From the NCBI GenBank assembly GCA_003344405.1, contig NOWV01000018.1:806001-855400 (forward strand): 49,400 nt of DNA, given 5' to 3'. Below the pieces are notes generated by a model, which saw only the letters and a program-made list of their open reading frames with translations, had not been told where the DNA came from and ran no database searches. Positions 27,064 to 39,528 of this stretch are shown in pieces. This stretch comes from Trichoplax sp. H2. Lineage: Eukaryota. Positions within the stretch are counted from its first letter, which is position 1; the number at the start of each line of letters is the position of its first letter. The position numbers and the translations under genes were made by a program.

Positions 27064-30000
27064 TTAAATTTTCATATCTCCGCTATGCAACAGACTATGC
27101 AATGTCTTCTTTACACGCAACACAGGCAGTCTAGATTCATTGTTGTCCGACCAACATTCCCTAATGATCTTGCAAATTGGACTGATGAACTGCATTTCAT
27201 ATAAAAGAACATTTAATTAGGCATTAATGTCTATTTCATCAAAGACGATTCAAAACTACACATGCTTCATGTGAAGGCAGCTACAGCGATATGATACCAA
27301 TATGAAATGGAGATTTATTAATTGACTGTGAACTGTTTTAATAATAACTTTTAAAATAGGCACACTTACCGGGTGAATCTCCCATTCTTTCTTCAAACGA
27401 GGACGTCTCTTACCTACTACAACGACTCTTCTCATCTCTTCTATGCTAGGATCATGGGGTACCATTTCCGAAAAACAAGGCGCATAATCGTCTGGAGTAC
27501 CTACAAGATTGTTATACGCGTATAAAGTTAGATTGAAGCAAATACTCTACCTTATGAGTTTACACAGATAAAATTCAAATTATGAGCGTGAAACCTGTTA
27601 TGTTACTTCGAGACAAAACTTCCCATAACACTAAACCAAATGAATAGATATCCGCATTTTTAAAAGCGTCGAAGCTTCTCATGTTCAGAGTATCTTCTAT
27701 GACTTCCGGAGGCATGTAACGTCTTGTGCCAACTCTCTCGTTAGACGGTATATCAATAGTATTTGATTTTGAATAATAACACACGGCTAACCCCAAGTCT
27801 CCAATTGCACAACTTCCATCTTTCTTTACCAAAATATTATTACTCTTTATATCACGGTGAGCAATAGCTGGTTTTCCTACATCATAAAATTTTACTATTA
27901 TATATCTACAACTAGTTTAACTACATATAACTTACACAAAACGATATAATAATACTTAGTGTAATTGTTTCCTATATTCCTTTACCTCTTATCCCTATCA
28001 TTTCAGTGTGCAGGTGGGCCAATCCACAACAAATTGAATAGGCAATTTTAAATAATGCTTCTTGATTTAAAGTGGTGTCGGATAGGTAATTAAATAAAGA
28101 TCCGTTTTCATGATACTCAGTTATTAGCCATAATTCTGTACATGTGCCAGCGTCCTTGTTATCCGCGGCTATGAACCGAAGAATGTTTTCATGTTGAAGC
28201 ATAACTACACGATTATAAAAAGTATAGCATTGTATGTCAATTGGGATATTGGAGATATCCTTAAAGCAATAGTGTAAATATTCACGTAATACTTTGTCAA
28301 TTAATCTCTAACTACAGCTTACCAGTTTGATAAATTCTAACTTCTCTCGACCAAGAAGCCTCTTCCTTTGATGTGAAAATTTTAACAGCGACATTATCGC
28401 CATGAAGATTTCCCAAATATACTGCACCATATCGGCCTTTTCCAATTGCCGGATACGATATTTTTGTCTTCTTAGCAACCGTCTCTTGCTCCATTATGCG
28501 TGAAATACCATTACGTGGGTCCATTGGTAAGGCAGAAGATCCCACACTGCTTGTTGACGCCCTTCTGCTTTCGGCCACGTTAGTAGGAGGTGGAAAGCAA
28601 AAATTCTGAATTGTTGCTAAAATTCGCTTCTTATTGGTTGTACCAGCTTCACCGTTTTCAAAATCACAGTCGCTAGAACCGTTGCGTCTTCTCCACCAAA
28701 TAATAATAACGCCGACCAAGATAGCTAAAAAACCAACTGATATTATAATCGCTATTACACTACTATCGGGATCCGTCGGCATTGATGTTGGATAATCACT
28801 CGAGGATTCGGTACTGTTCAATCTAGAAACTGTACCAGCGGTACCTATAGTATAGTGATATAAACAAAAGCAGACTACAGTAAATTTTTGGACTATAACT
28901 ACGCTCGTAAGTTCCGTCAAAATTTTTGTTACCAGGAGTAGTAGTTATCGATGAAGTTCCGTTAATTTTATTGCAAAATTCAGAGTAGCAGCATTTGCCA
29001 TACTTGGCAGTTAGTAACTTGCACTTTAGAGTCATATGATCTAAAGGATCTGAAGGGTTGCCAGAAGTTCGATTAAAGCAGCCAGCTACCCACAGTGAGC
29101 CTTCTAATTGTTGGTAGTCGTAATAACAAGCACCGTCAGTATAACAAACATTTCCAAAGCATTGTTGCCCTTCTTCGGATACTCTCTTAATACAATGGCA
29201 CGGGAAGGCTTTTTTACCTAAGTGGGAGTATAATAGTATAATAAAAAGCTGTAATATCTAAAAAGTATAAGTATCTAAGAAAAAATGCTAATTCAAAGTG
29301 GCATAAAAAAGCGAACTTAAGCTATACTAAAAAACATAATATAATACTCTGGCTAACAAGGAATGAAGTCTACGATACTGTAAGAGGCTGTAATGATAAA
29401 ATTTTTAAATCTCTAAAAAATTAGAACTTTGATAGAGTTCATTACTAGTATGAATGGTAGATAAACAGTACAATCATACGATATACGTATAATGAATTAT
29501 ACCAGTGTATTACACAAAGTACGTAAAAAGATATAGGGAAATTTTATCAGTAATAACTATCAATAATTCTTATTCTCTCGCAGTAATATGCAAAAGTCGT
29601 GCCTCGAATATCAACTATTGGATTGTATTTTCAGAAATCCTTATATATTCGTTTATACATACGACAGATACAGAAATATTTAATAAGATTTAATTCTATA
29701 CTATATCTAAGTAGTCAGCTCTACTGTACAAAGGTTATTTGACCAGTTTTTATATACTTTTACAGTAGCGTAAAAAGAAATCCATTGACTCTGAGTACTG
29801 TGTAGTATACCGTGCTATATCCGTTCAACATTAGATATAGTTTATATTAGTTCTAAATTATTTGCTATATAACTGAAAATTGAATACTTAACATTACAGT
29901 ATTGATAGATACCAATACTAATGATGCATAATATAGTACGCGAAAATAAGCTACGCATGCATTTACAGGATTAAATTCAACAATAGTAATGATATGGTTT

Positions 30001-32232
30001 TTAGCAAATGTTTGTTATTATTTTCGATTAATCACAAAGCAATGCCGAATATCCATTACAAAAGTAAGACAATATATTGTTTTCAACATTAATATGTATG
30101 TTTAACCGAATCGGTGGCCCTTTACAACCTGGAAGTTGTATAATATTCATTATCTTTGAAAATTCATTAATCAATATTGTTTTATAATACAAATTTTTAG
30201 TCCATTTGCGTAGTTTCTACTGAAACTTTACCAGTTTATCAAGATAATTGGACTTGGGCAATAATTTGCATTATTCTCATGGGAACCTTGTACCTCATTA
30301 AATGTTTTTCTTTAAATTTATACTCAAGAAAGGTTAAAAAAATCAACTTAACCGCCAATACTGCAAACTAATGGATGATAAACCTCAATCAACGATTTAC
30401 AGACTCTTTAAGAAGTATTCCATTACTGCCGTATAAACTGCATCACCGGATTATACTAAAACTATGAAGTACGGAACTCTCTTCAGCATGTCATTAACTT
30501 TTAACCTTTATAAGTAAAAAGATTCAATTATACTTTGTATAATAATACGAGTCAAAAACGCTAAGCCAGTAAAGTCTATACAATCTCGATTCATATGTTA
30601 GCGTTAACGTATATATGTTGACAGCTTAGGAATTCAATGCATCTATGTACTCAATTTACGTCTACAAAAGACAGAAATGAACAAAAAAGAATTAATGACT
30701 TCATTTTAAAATGTCTGATTAGCATAAAATTATATCTCAAGTAAAATCTATATTGCAATATAGTCAGTAATTACGCATTCTTTCTGGTGAAGAGAATATT
30801 TTAATGATTGTAATGCAACTGTGGCGCAATTATGTAAAATTAAACTCTATTTACGAATAGAAAATGGATAACAAACTGTTGTCAGGAGTTGAAAGCTTTA
30901 ACGATAGGTCAAGAATGTACAAGGAGCAGATGTGAAAACGTTAAGAGCGAGTTTTCGAATTTTTGGCACCATTTAGCATGACTGAAAGAGTTTTTAAAAT
31001 CACGACCTTACTCTGACTTCTTGTAGAATAAAGTATCCATTGATGGATTCCAATGTGGAATAATAACTAACGAACTACGTCTGTATGATTGATAGCAAAC
31101 AAAATTGGCAAAAACGGCTGCAGTATTGGAATCTACTGTTGTAATAGAACTATATGAATAATTTAATCATGATAAGATCCGTCATACTTTATTGCTCGCA
31201 TATACTGTACACTATTATACAGTGATAAACAATGCAATAATACAGATCTACTAAAATAGCTCATAACGACTACATTAAGGTAGAATGGCAATTATTCATC
31301 AGACACATTTCTTTATACTGATTAATCAAATGATTTTAATCCTTTAATGTGTAAGAAATCATAGACCGTAGCAATACATACTCAAATTCAATCATAAATT
31401 ATTAGTCAGCGACGTGAAGTAACCTTTATTGATTTCTAGTAAAAACGTAACTTTTAGATACTGTCGTTATGAATCTGGAATAAAATAAGGAAAGTAAATT
31501 GACAAATTTCCCATTTTCTGACTTTAATATTAACCTACTGCCGTTTACTATCAGACTATCAACTTATCTTTGTTGTTAACATTCAATGCATCCTATTTAG
31601 AATACGTAGTATTGAAAATGCATTTCTGATTCAAAGTTGAAATTACCCTTATTAATTATCAAGAGTACTGTATATCTAGATCCAAGTACATCTACAGTCA
31701 GTAAGTAAGTATACTTATAGTACGTATCATCATAGAATTAATATTTTCCTTACGATAGTAGCATTAATTAATTAAAAGTGCAGAAAGGGTGGAATAAATT
31801 GTGTGCTAGGAAATAGCTAGGTTAAGTCAATGGAAGCTTATGATACGAGTTTTAAAATTATTTGTGCTTTAATTTTCTTTTCAATCATAACTCTCCACTT
31901 TTACAATGTAGAGAATAGTAAAAAAGAGATACGATGATCCATCCTTTCTATTGCATATTACAAAAACTACTGCCGCAGAAGTTGCTACATCCTTGACAGT
32001 AGCTATTGAACTCATTTTGACATGAGTAACCCTATTGCGTTACCAATGAAAGTGGATTGTAATAACATAAAAAAGTAATCATTTCTACCCATTTGAAGAC
32101 AACTTTGTGTATATATACAATAATGATCCATCAACAATACTTACTTGGCGATGTCGGGCCAGTCTGTGCTATTGCCACAGACATTAAAAATAGCAATAGC
32201 AATAAAGGCATAGCAAGTTTTTCAGTAAGCAT
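27064..32232 (-). CDS. TGFBR1: TGF-beta/activin type I receptor Ser/Thr kinase, ALK4/5/7 (TGFBR1/ACVR1B/Baboon) class, 550 aa
   Basis: Seven coding exons: 32232-32145 (signal peptide [22 protein letters not shown]), 29217-28933 (10-Cys ectodomain, CCYSEFCN), 28844-28323 (TM, atypical GS region, GKGRYG, VAVKIF), 28204-27986 (MLQHENIL, L45 loop [15 protein letters not shown]), 27876-27595 ([26 protein letters not shown]), 27500-27370 and 27189-27064 (TAA). Total 1653 nt with consistent phases. The AADNKD L45 loop is diagnostic of ALK4/5/7. Confidence 0.93.
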
Positions 32233-34499
32233 GTCGGCCTTGAATCTTTCCTATCACCTACAGTATATGCAATCAAAAATGAAGAAATTAGGCAAGATTT
32301 TATCTATTAACTAATATTTAATGGAATCATATCTTTGATTGTTGTGCATTCTGGTGTTGGGGCTTTAGTTTACAGTAATCATTGTCAAAGTTTGCTGTCT
32401 CACTTTATGTCTATAGATTACTCCAATTTTTTGCTACATCTGTATTAATAGCGTTATTATTCGTTATCATTTTGATGCCCTTTCAATCAATTTCACTTCA
32501 ACGTCATAATATCATTAACGCAGTAAAGCAGAGTATGATGATGTCCTCTAACGATCGTATTGTATTTTCTTTTTGAAAAAAAAACTATACAATCAATCAC
32601 ACAATCGACTGCGCTCTCGAAGTTCCAGAGATTGAAAAAATTGGTCAAACATGATGAATGCCGTTTACTTTAATATTGTCCATTGCTAGTATCAACTAGA
32701 TCGCTATGGTATTGAACTAAATTCTAATTTTGAAATGAAGCCATTACGTGATTGGAATTTGATATTTTGTAGATTCTGTTGTTGTCGATCAAGGAATACA
32801 ATATTGCATTTGCTGATGTAATAATACAGTAAAGAGAAAAACAGAATTGTCAATACTACACGGTTTGTGTGCTGGAAACAGTCGTGCAGTAGCGATCACT
32901 ACGTTGACTGGTATCTTGTGGTAGACATGAAAATTGGATAAGTAACTTACTTTCTCCTTTCTGCAATGGACTATTTGAAAAATAACAACGATGTACAATG
33001 CATGACGAGTATTCGTCTATATAGGATGGAATAATTTACAAGCGTCAGTATAGAATAGAATTGAATAAACTAATTTTTTCTATTGTATGGAGTGATTATC
33101 CGCTATAATCAGGCTTGCAACACACTTAGGTAGATATAAATTGACTTTTTCATCCCATCGCCATTGGTAGTACTGTATTGAAATAGACTACCAGCTTCGT
33201 AGGACCATGGGTAGCTGTTGGTTGTCGTCTTTTCTATCGACATTTTAATTAATTACTATCTGCGTGCCTGCCGGTATGATATGTCGATGGATGGATTGCG
33301 TCTTTATTCTACTGTAGTATGAAGATGATGACGATGATAGCACAGCGATTAGGAGTCAGGATGGATGGAAGAGCAAAAAGTGCCATTTAGTGTGGCATTT
33401 TCCCCTTGTAATACTATTAGTCGTCTGCGGTTCTATACCTCTATTTTATGTATTCTTCAATGTATTTGCTACATCTTTATATGAATTTTCGATGGCCATT
33501 TTTTTCTTGAATGCGTTGTGCCACATACAGTACAGTAGCAAGCTTATGTATCCCCCCCCCCAAAAAAAATGGATGGTTCCACAATATACACCGTTGAACG
33601 ACACGATTGCTATCCTGACTTAAAAATAACCTTTAGGATCTTGAAAACGTTGTCTAGACGCCTATTGAAAAGTCTTTTTTTCCAATTCAAGATCGTGGAT
33701 AGCTAGGGAATGTGTTGTAGTCATAAAAAGCCATTTTGGATAGGATAGTTGGTGAAAATGGGACCATCGCTAGTGACAAGTCAAGTCTACACAACGCGTC
33801 GTACAGTCTGAAGCGTTGTATGGGCAAGGTGTTTTAGACAGTATGTTATTCTTCTTCACTTCCATACAGTATGGTGTTACAAAAAGAGTCACTGATTGAA
33901 CTTTCTACGTCTCTCTATAGATTGGAAAAACTATCGTCGGATGGAAAAGAAACATGCTTACAAGACTTGAATCTCTGAATGTATCAAAGAGAGAAAAGAG
34001 GGGAAACAAAAAAAAATAAAAAAAATATCCCCCCCCCCCAAAAAAAGTCAAGCAATAGAATAATGACCAAGGCATTACCCCAAATGTTGCAAGTTGTTTT
34101 AGCCTTGTTGTACAAGCGTTGGATCCAATCAATGAATAGAGGAATGGCTGGAAAGTTGTTGTCGCCTTGCCCTTGACAAGCGGTGCAGTCGATAATGTAC
34201 AATACGGCAAATTTGTCTTGTAATGCTGAAATCGGCAATCCTTTGAAAAAATCGATCACTCCATGAGACGAGAAGAACAATTAGAATTAATTAGTGTACA
34301 ACATTTTGCAGATCGATTAGTTGCACGAGATTGCTGAATATTGCGCCGGCGATTGGATACGTTGAGCGATTATGGTGATGACTGGTGAAGATGACTTTAA
34401 CGCCTTGTCTACTCTGTTATTATCATTGGATGATGGTCCAAACTGGTCAGTATGGGCACAGTATGGTACCGCTAGCGATGTGATGGGACGGCAATCTAC

Positions 34500-37050
34500 A
34501 GTAGCTGAAGAAAGGAGTGTACTGTAAATTGATTGATCTCCGTACTGTACAGTAGGCAGCACCACAGTGGAGAGTACTGTAGACTGTCAAGTCAAATATA
34601 AACAAACAGCCTACTTGACTGTCCATATTCTGTACCGTGGCGCAACGACTGGACTACTGTACTCCAGTTAACCTACTCTACTGGGTACTGTTATGCTAAC
34701 AAGGATTGCATTGCGGAGACTTTTCCTCCATTTCCTTGAATACTGTATAACATGATAATATGATAGCCAACAAGACGGAGCCCTATTGACGGACGCTGAC
34801 TACCTACGGATTTCTTATTGTTGCTGATGTACTGTACTGTACAGTATTTCACCGAGATAAGCAAGCAATATACTGTACTGTACAGTACAATCAAAAGCTT
34901 GGAGGAGAAACCTGCTGTACTGTACACTGTACAGTACTGCAGTTTGAAGGCAGTTTATGATCATTTTTTTGGACAGTGGGCCGTCTTTAAAGTTATTCTA
35001 CACTCCCTCAACAGGTTCTTTCATCGGTTCAACGCAAAAGTTATTGATTACCATCAAAAAATAGTTGACAAGCAATAGTGCATCTTGTTGACCGCTAAAC
35101 TTGTTTGATAATCGATTACAAATCGAGCGTGTACAGTACAACGCCTACAGTAGTGACACCGACAACCATAGTGTGGATAGTCTACTACAGCACATTACAC
35201 TGTACTACACAGTGTAATGTACTGTAGACCCGTTTCAAAGTGATTGTACTTGACTGTACACAGAAGAACAATGAATGACAGATTGATATGAATGCAACAA
35301 AAACAAATCATCACGTGATCGATCGCGAACTACTTTAGCTACCCCGGAGGTCGTCAATCAAAGCAGTTGTTGTTGTTTACCGTCGAATGTTCAACATGCC
35401 ATGTGACATTGCTTTCTGGCAATCAAATCAAATAAAACAAATTAATACTCAATTACCTTTTCATGTTCGATCCTTGTAAACAAGTGTGGGGTTCCATACT
35501 TTATACCGTAAAATCATCCATTTCCTTATAGTTATCAATATGGCCTACAGCCCAATTGATGGACCGCAAACAGAGGCATAAGGCTTTCCAGCTAGCAGTT
35601 TACTGCAGTCAGCAAGGAATGACGTGTTAGTTTGCAAGAGTGTGATGGTAGCGAAGTGAGCGCAGATTAATTGCTACCTAAAGTACTCTGTAGCCTGTAG
35701 TGGCATATCAATACTTGTACTTGTGTGTATATATATGCTGTAGATCGCATGCATAGAGACACCCGTTACCTTCACAAGTCTTTGCTTTCGACTTGCGGCT
35801 TCTTTAAATTGAATATTTTTTTTCTCATGACATTGGATAAGAAAGAAATTAGTAAAACACTGCTGTGCAATATACACAGTACAGCACTGTACATAACATT
35901 CTCTAGTGTACAGTATATGTCATTGTGTATCTATGACTTACCATTGTTTATCCCTACAGCAGTAAATGATGGATCACAACATTCCCAACAAACTATTTTT
36001 GTAGTAAAGTCCTAGTCTATACAGTAGGTGGATCATGATTGCAGTTGAATGATTCAACTTGAAAGTTAATCAGGAGCCAGTCAAAAATAACTCGTGATTT
36101 ACTGATCGCAGTTTACCGTACGTACATTTCAAGGTTTCTCTAGTTTACCAGTTGCCGAGGCGGACACACACTCAGTATGGCATTGTGTACATTAAAGTGA
36201 TTGTACACAAGCTGGATGTTGATGCTCGGTTTCATGGCCTACGGTAGCATACATTATATCAATACTGTACTCAAAAATGACCAACTCACTGTACATGCGG
36301 CAATCACGAATTCATCAGTAATCTAGATAAACTCAATATCTAGCTTTACTCATACTTTACTATGGTCCATTTCTAATAAGGACAAGATACTTCGATTAGC
36401 GACCACAGTCATAGACTTGAATGTTTTCTTTCCCTTACAAAATTTCAACATTACGGTCCGGCACGTACAGTACAAAGTGTCGGAGAAACTTGTACGTATT
36501 TAAACCAAAGCAAAATCAAAAAGTATGTACAGAACTTGAACAAATTGCATGTCAAGCCATAGAGCAGAAATCCAATAACACGAATCCATCGTTATAATTT
36601 GCGTACGATATCCAATTTCAAAGCCATTATTAATTAAAGTACTGTATTCCGATTGCGATAGTACTAAGGGAAAAATGAAGGTTTTGTACAGTACTGTCTG
36701 TACAGTGTACACTGTACTGGATCAGAGACTACTGAAAAGAAAGAGAGGGATGGCTTACCACTTTCGGTACAAAATAATATGGAGGGGGGGCTTTATCCTT
36801 TTCCTCGTTCCCGGTGTATAGTGTACTGCTGCAGACATGCAATACAGCTAAAATGACCATTAAAATAATCAGCCTCTCAATGATCATTAGTACAGTGAAC
36901 GATCGTTTCGTCTTCCTCTCTTTCCTTCTTTTGAGTAGGTTGGAGTAGTGGTCATGATAGGACACTAACCAACTATCAATCTGTTATGGTTCAATACTGT
37001 ACAGTATGAAGCTACCGTGTCAAATCTTACTGTACAGTCTTCAGTATGAC
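34500..37050. repeat. Region enriched in TACTGTA/TACAGTA/GTAC-based short motifs upstream of the ALK4/5/7-like gene
   Basis: Examples: gtactgtactgtacagta (34829), tactgtactgtacagtac (34871), ctgtactgtacactgtacagtactgcag (34915), tgtacagtactgtctgtacagtgtacactgtactg (36685), tactgtacagta (36995). Confidence 0.55.
35185..35227. repeat. Inverted repeat / hairpin (19-bp stem, one mismatch, 5-nt loop)
   Basis: ctacagcacattacactgt-actac-acagtgtaatgtactgtag. Confidence 0.75.
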
Positions 37051-38044
37051 TTGACTGGCGACACCTTGCTCCCATACTGAGTGAGGTAAGTTAGCAGTCT
37101 ACAATTCTTCCTTACCTTGATCGTCCTGATTCACGAGGATTGTCAAGACAGGTTGAGGATGAAATATTTATAACGGAGAGTTTATTCGGCAGTCAGTGGC
37201 ATAAAAAGACAGTAATAGTAATAGTGGCAATATTGTACTATAGAATAATTATACAGTGTACATGCCAGGTTTCTTTCTTTTTACTTTGATCAACATATAC
37301 TACTAAATAAATAGTATGGTGTATAACTGTATATTGTATAGTTCTACATAGTTCTACAGAGACGTACATGAATTCATAAAGTCATTCATTATATTACTAG
37401 CGGAGACATTCCCCTACATCCCTTTAGTAGTCCATGCCAGCGCCTTCTAAAATAGAACAAGCGAATACATGTCTTGCTTATAAGACAAGACTTTGAATGT
37501 ACTAGTGTACTTTCCAAGGAAGATCGGATTGCACTTCGTTCACAGTACCATCAGTACTGTGAACGAAATAAGCGTATTATCAATCATGAAGAGAAAGTCC
37601 TGCTTTCAATACTTCAATATTTTTTACTGGACTGGTTCGAAAGTCTTCCATAATTATTATTTTAGCCATGGAGGTAGAAGAAAATTAAATTACCTCCACA
37701 ATTCTAGCAAAACAACATAAACAAAGTAGTACTGTACTGTAACTTTCTATCTGTTAGGGATACCCTTGCTGTGTATTCGATTATTATTTATTTATTTAAA
37801 CCACAAACCAAAACTTGTTTTTTTCTAGTGATCATAAGTCTATAGTTACTTTCCTCCACAGAAGAAAAGGCTCAAGATATAATAACGGATGATAATGGTG
37901 TATCGAGGCCCTTGACAGTTTCGTAAAACTCAAGCTAATACTATAACTTGTAGCCATTTTTCTCGTGATCTATGCCACTTGGTTGATCCTACTGATGAGT
38001 TCATCAACGTCCAATGACATACTAGTTCCATTTTCCACCTTCGT

Positions 38045-39528
38045 ATTAATTCTAAAAGAATTATTTCGCCTTACACTAGCATATATCGTATTTTATGCTT
38101 TTTCAAATTTTTTGTCCTTTTATTTGTAAATGTAGTAAATTTATTTCACAGCAGTAGTTCAGTAATTGTGACCATAACCTCAACTTTTACACTCAATTTA
38201 GCACCGCCTATTTCAAGCATATAATCTTAAATTGCTGGATAAATAAGCTTAATGGACAGACTTAGTAAAGTCGATTGATTATTTTACTCACAGTGTATAA
38301 AAGAAAATCGATATCATCTATTTACTATACTGTACATTTGCTGGATAGTTTACTGTAATTCACTCAGTTGGAACTAGATCTAGTGATTCTGAATTTTCGA
38401 TTTTTTGTTAGGTCGTCATTGGCACATGATAGAAGAGATCACACAAGAGTGGTATTGAGTCGTTGCATAGACTGTATTAATACGGAATATTAGATATAGT
38501 AAATACATGTACTTTTTTTAATCGTAAATTTATGGTAGCCACTAATATCCAAATAGAAACCCGACAAACTTTATTAAGATATCCTCTATCCACCTACAGT
38601 ATAGTTAGTATTACTGTAGTACGCAATATGTCTTTAATACAAAATCATAAAGAGTATTTAGCACTTTTGCATCTAGAAATGATTTTAATGTTCTCCAAGC
38701 AGTTGCTATAATGAAGAATAGTTCAGATCCTTAATCTATAGGAAGATCTAATACATTGTAAAAATATTCAGCGCTATGTGATGAATAGTTACGAAAATGT
38801 GGTAGTGAAAATATCAACCAAGAGAACAGATTAGTTTATATCCATGTAATATATGCAGATTAATTCCAATATGCTATTTAGACATCGTACATTAGAGACC
38901 CCGTTTTCTTAAGTACAGAGTCCCTATCGTATATGTACTGCTTGAAGTTCAGACATAAAGGAATTGCAACAACCAGCTAATAGTATGAAATTATTTCTGT
39001 ATTCAATGGAAAACTACATTTTAAAGATAATATCATTGATGCGAAGTTTTATTTAGAAGAATTTTAAAGTACATTTTATTTTAATATATACTACTGCATT
39101 ATAACTTAAATGAAAGTAGCAGAAACTCTAAAAGCTCGGTAAAATAATTAGAAAAGTAAAGCAAAGATTCTGTTTCTAGCTATTCAGATCTTAGGCAGAA
39201 AATCACATCCTAAATTTCTAGTCATTTAGACAACGTTCAAGCACGCATGTTATGCAATAGGGAATAGCTAAAACTTTACACGTAGTTTATCTAAAATGCG
39301 TTATTACAACAGAAAATAAATTTAGTCACAACTGACGAACCCAAATAATTACCGGTAATTAATTAATTAATTAATATAATAGTCTTCTAAATGGTAACTT
39401 TACTTTATAACACTAAAGAATTGATAAAATCTTGTTTCCGTTTTCAGTAATCAGACATTTTTTATTCTTCAACTGTAACTTTAGAGATCGTAACCATTTG
39501 TAAGAATTTACGAGAATTTGAATACGTC
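38045..39528 (-). repeat. Inverted, diverged copy of the GRL 3' flank/intergenic spacer (homologous to ~45700-46890)
   Basis: Reverse complement of 38060-38200 (gtaaaagttgaggttatgg...aaataaatttactac...gcataaaatacga) matches 46745-46870. Also 38530-38700 matches 46300-46480, 39110-39240 matches 45975-46080, and 39430-39520 matches 45710-45810. Confidence 0.8.

Noticed and set aside
33905-35078. Several 65-101 aa ORFs on both strands
   Set aside because: Low-complexity translations of homopolymer runs and TACTG motifs, with no domain similarity.
37995-38045. MSSSTSNDILVP resembling the GRL start (MKSNKFSNDIVP) next to the inversion breakpoint
   Set aside because: Too short and no alignable promoter upstream; cannot be distinguished from chance.
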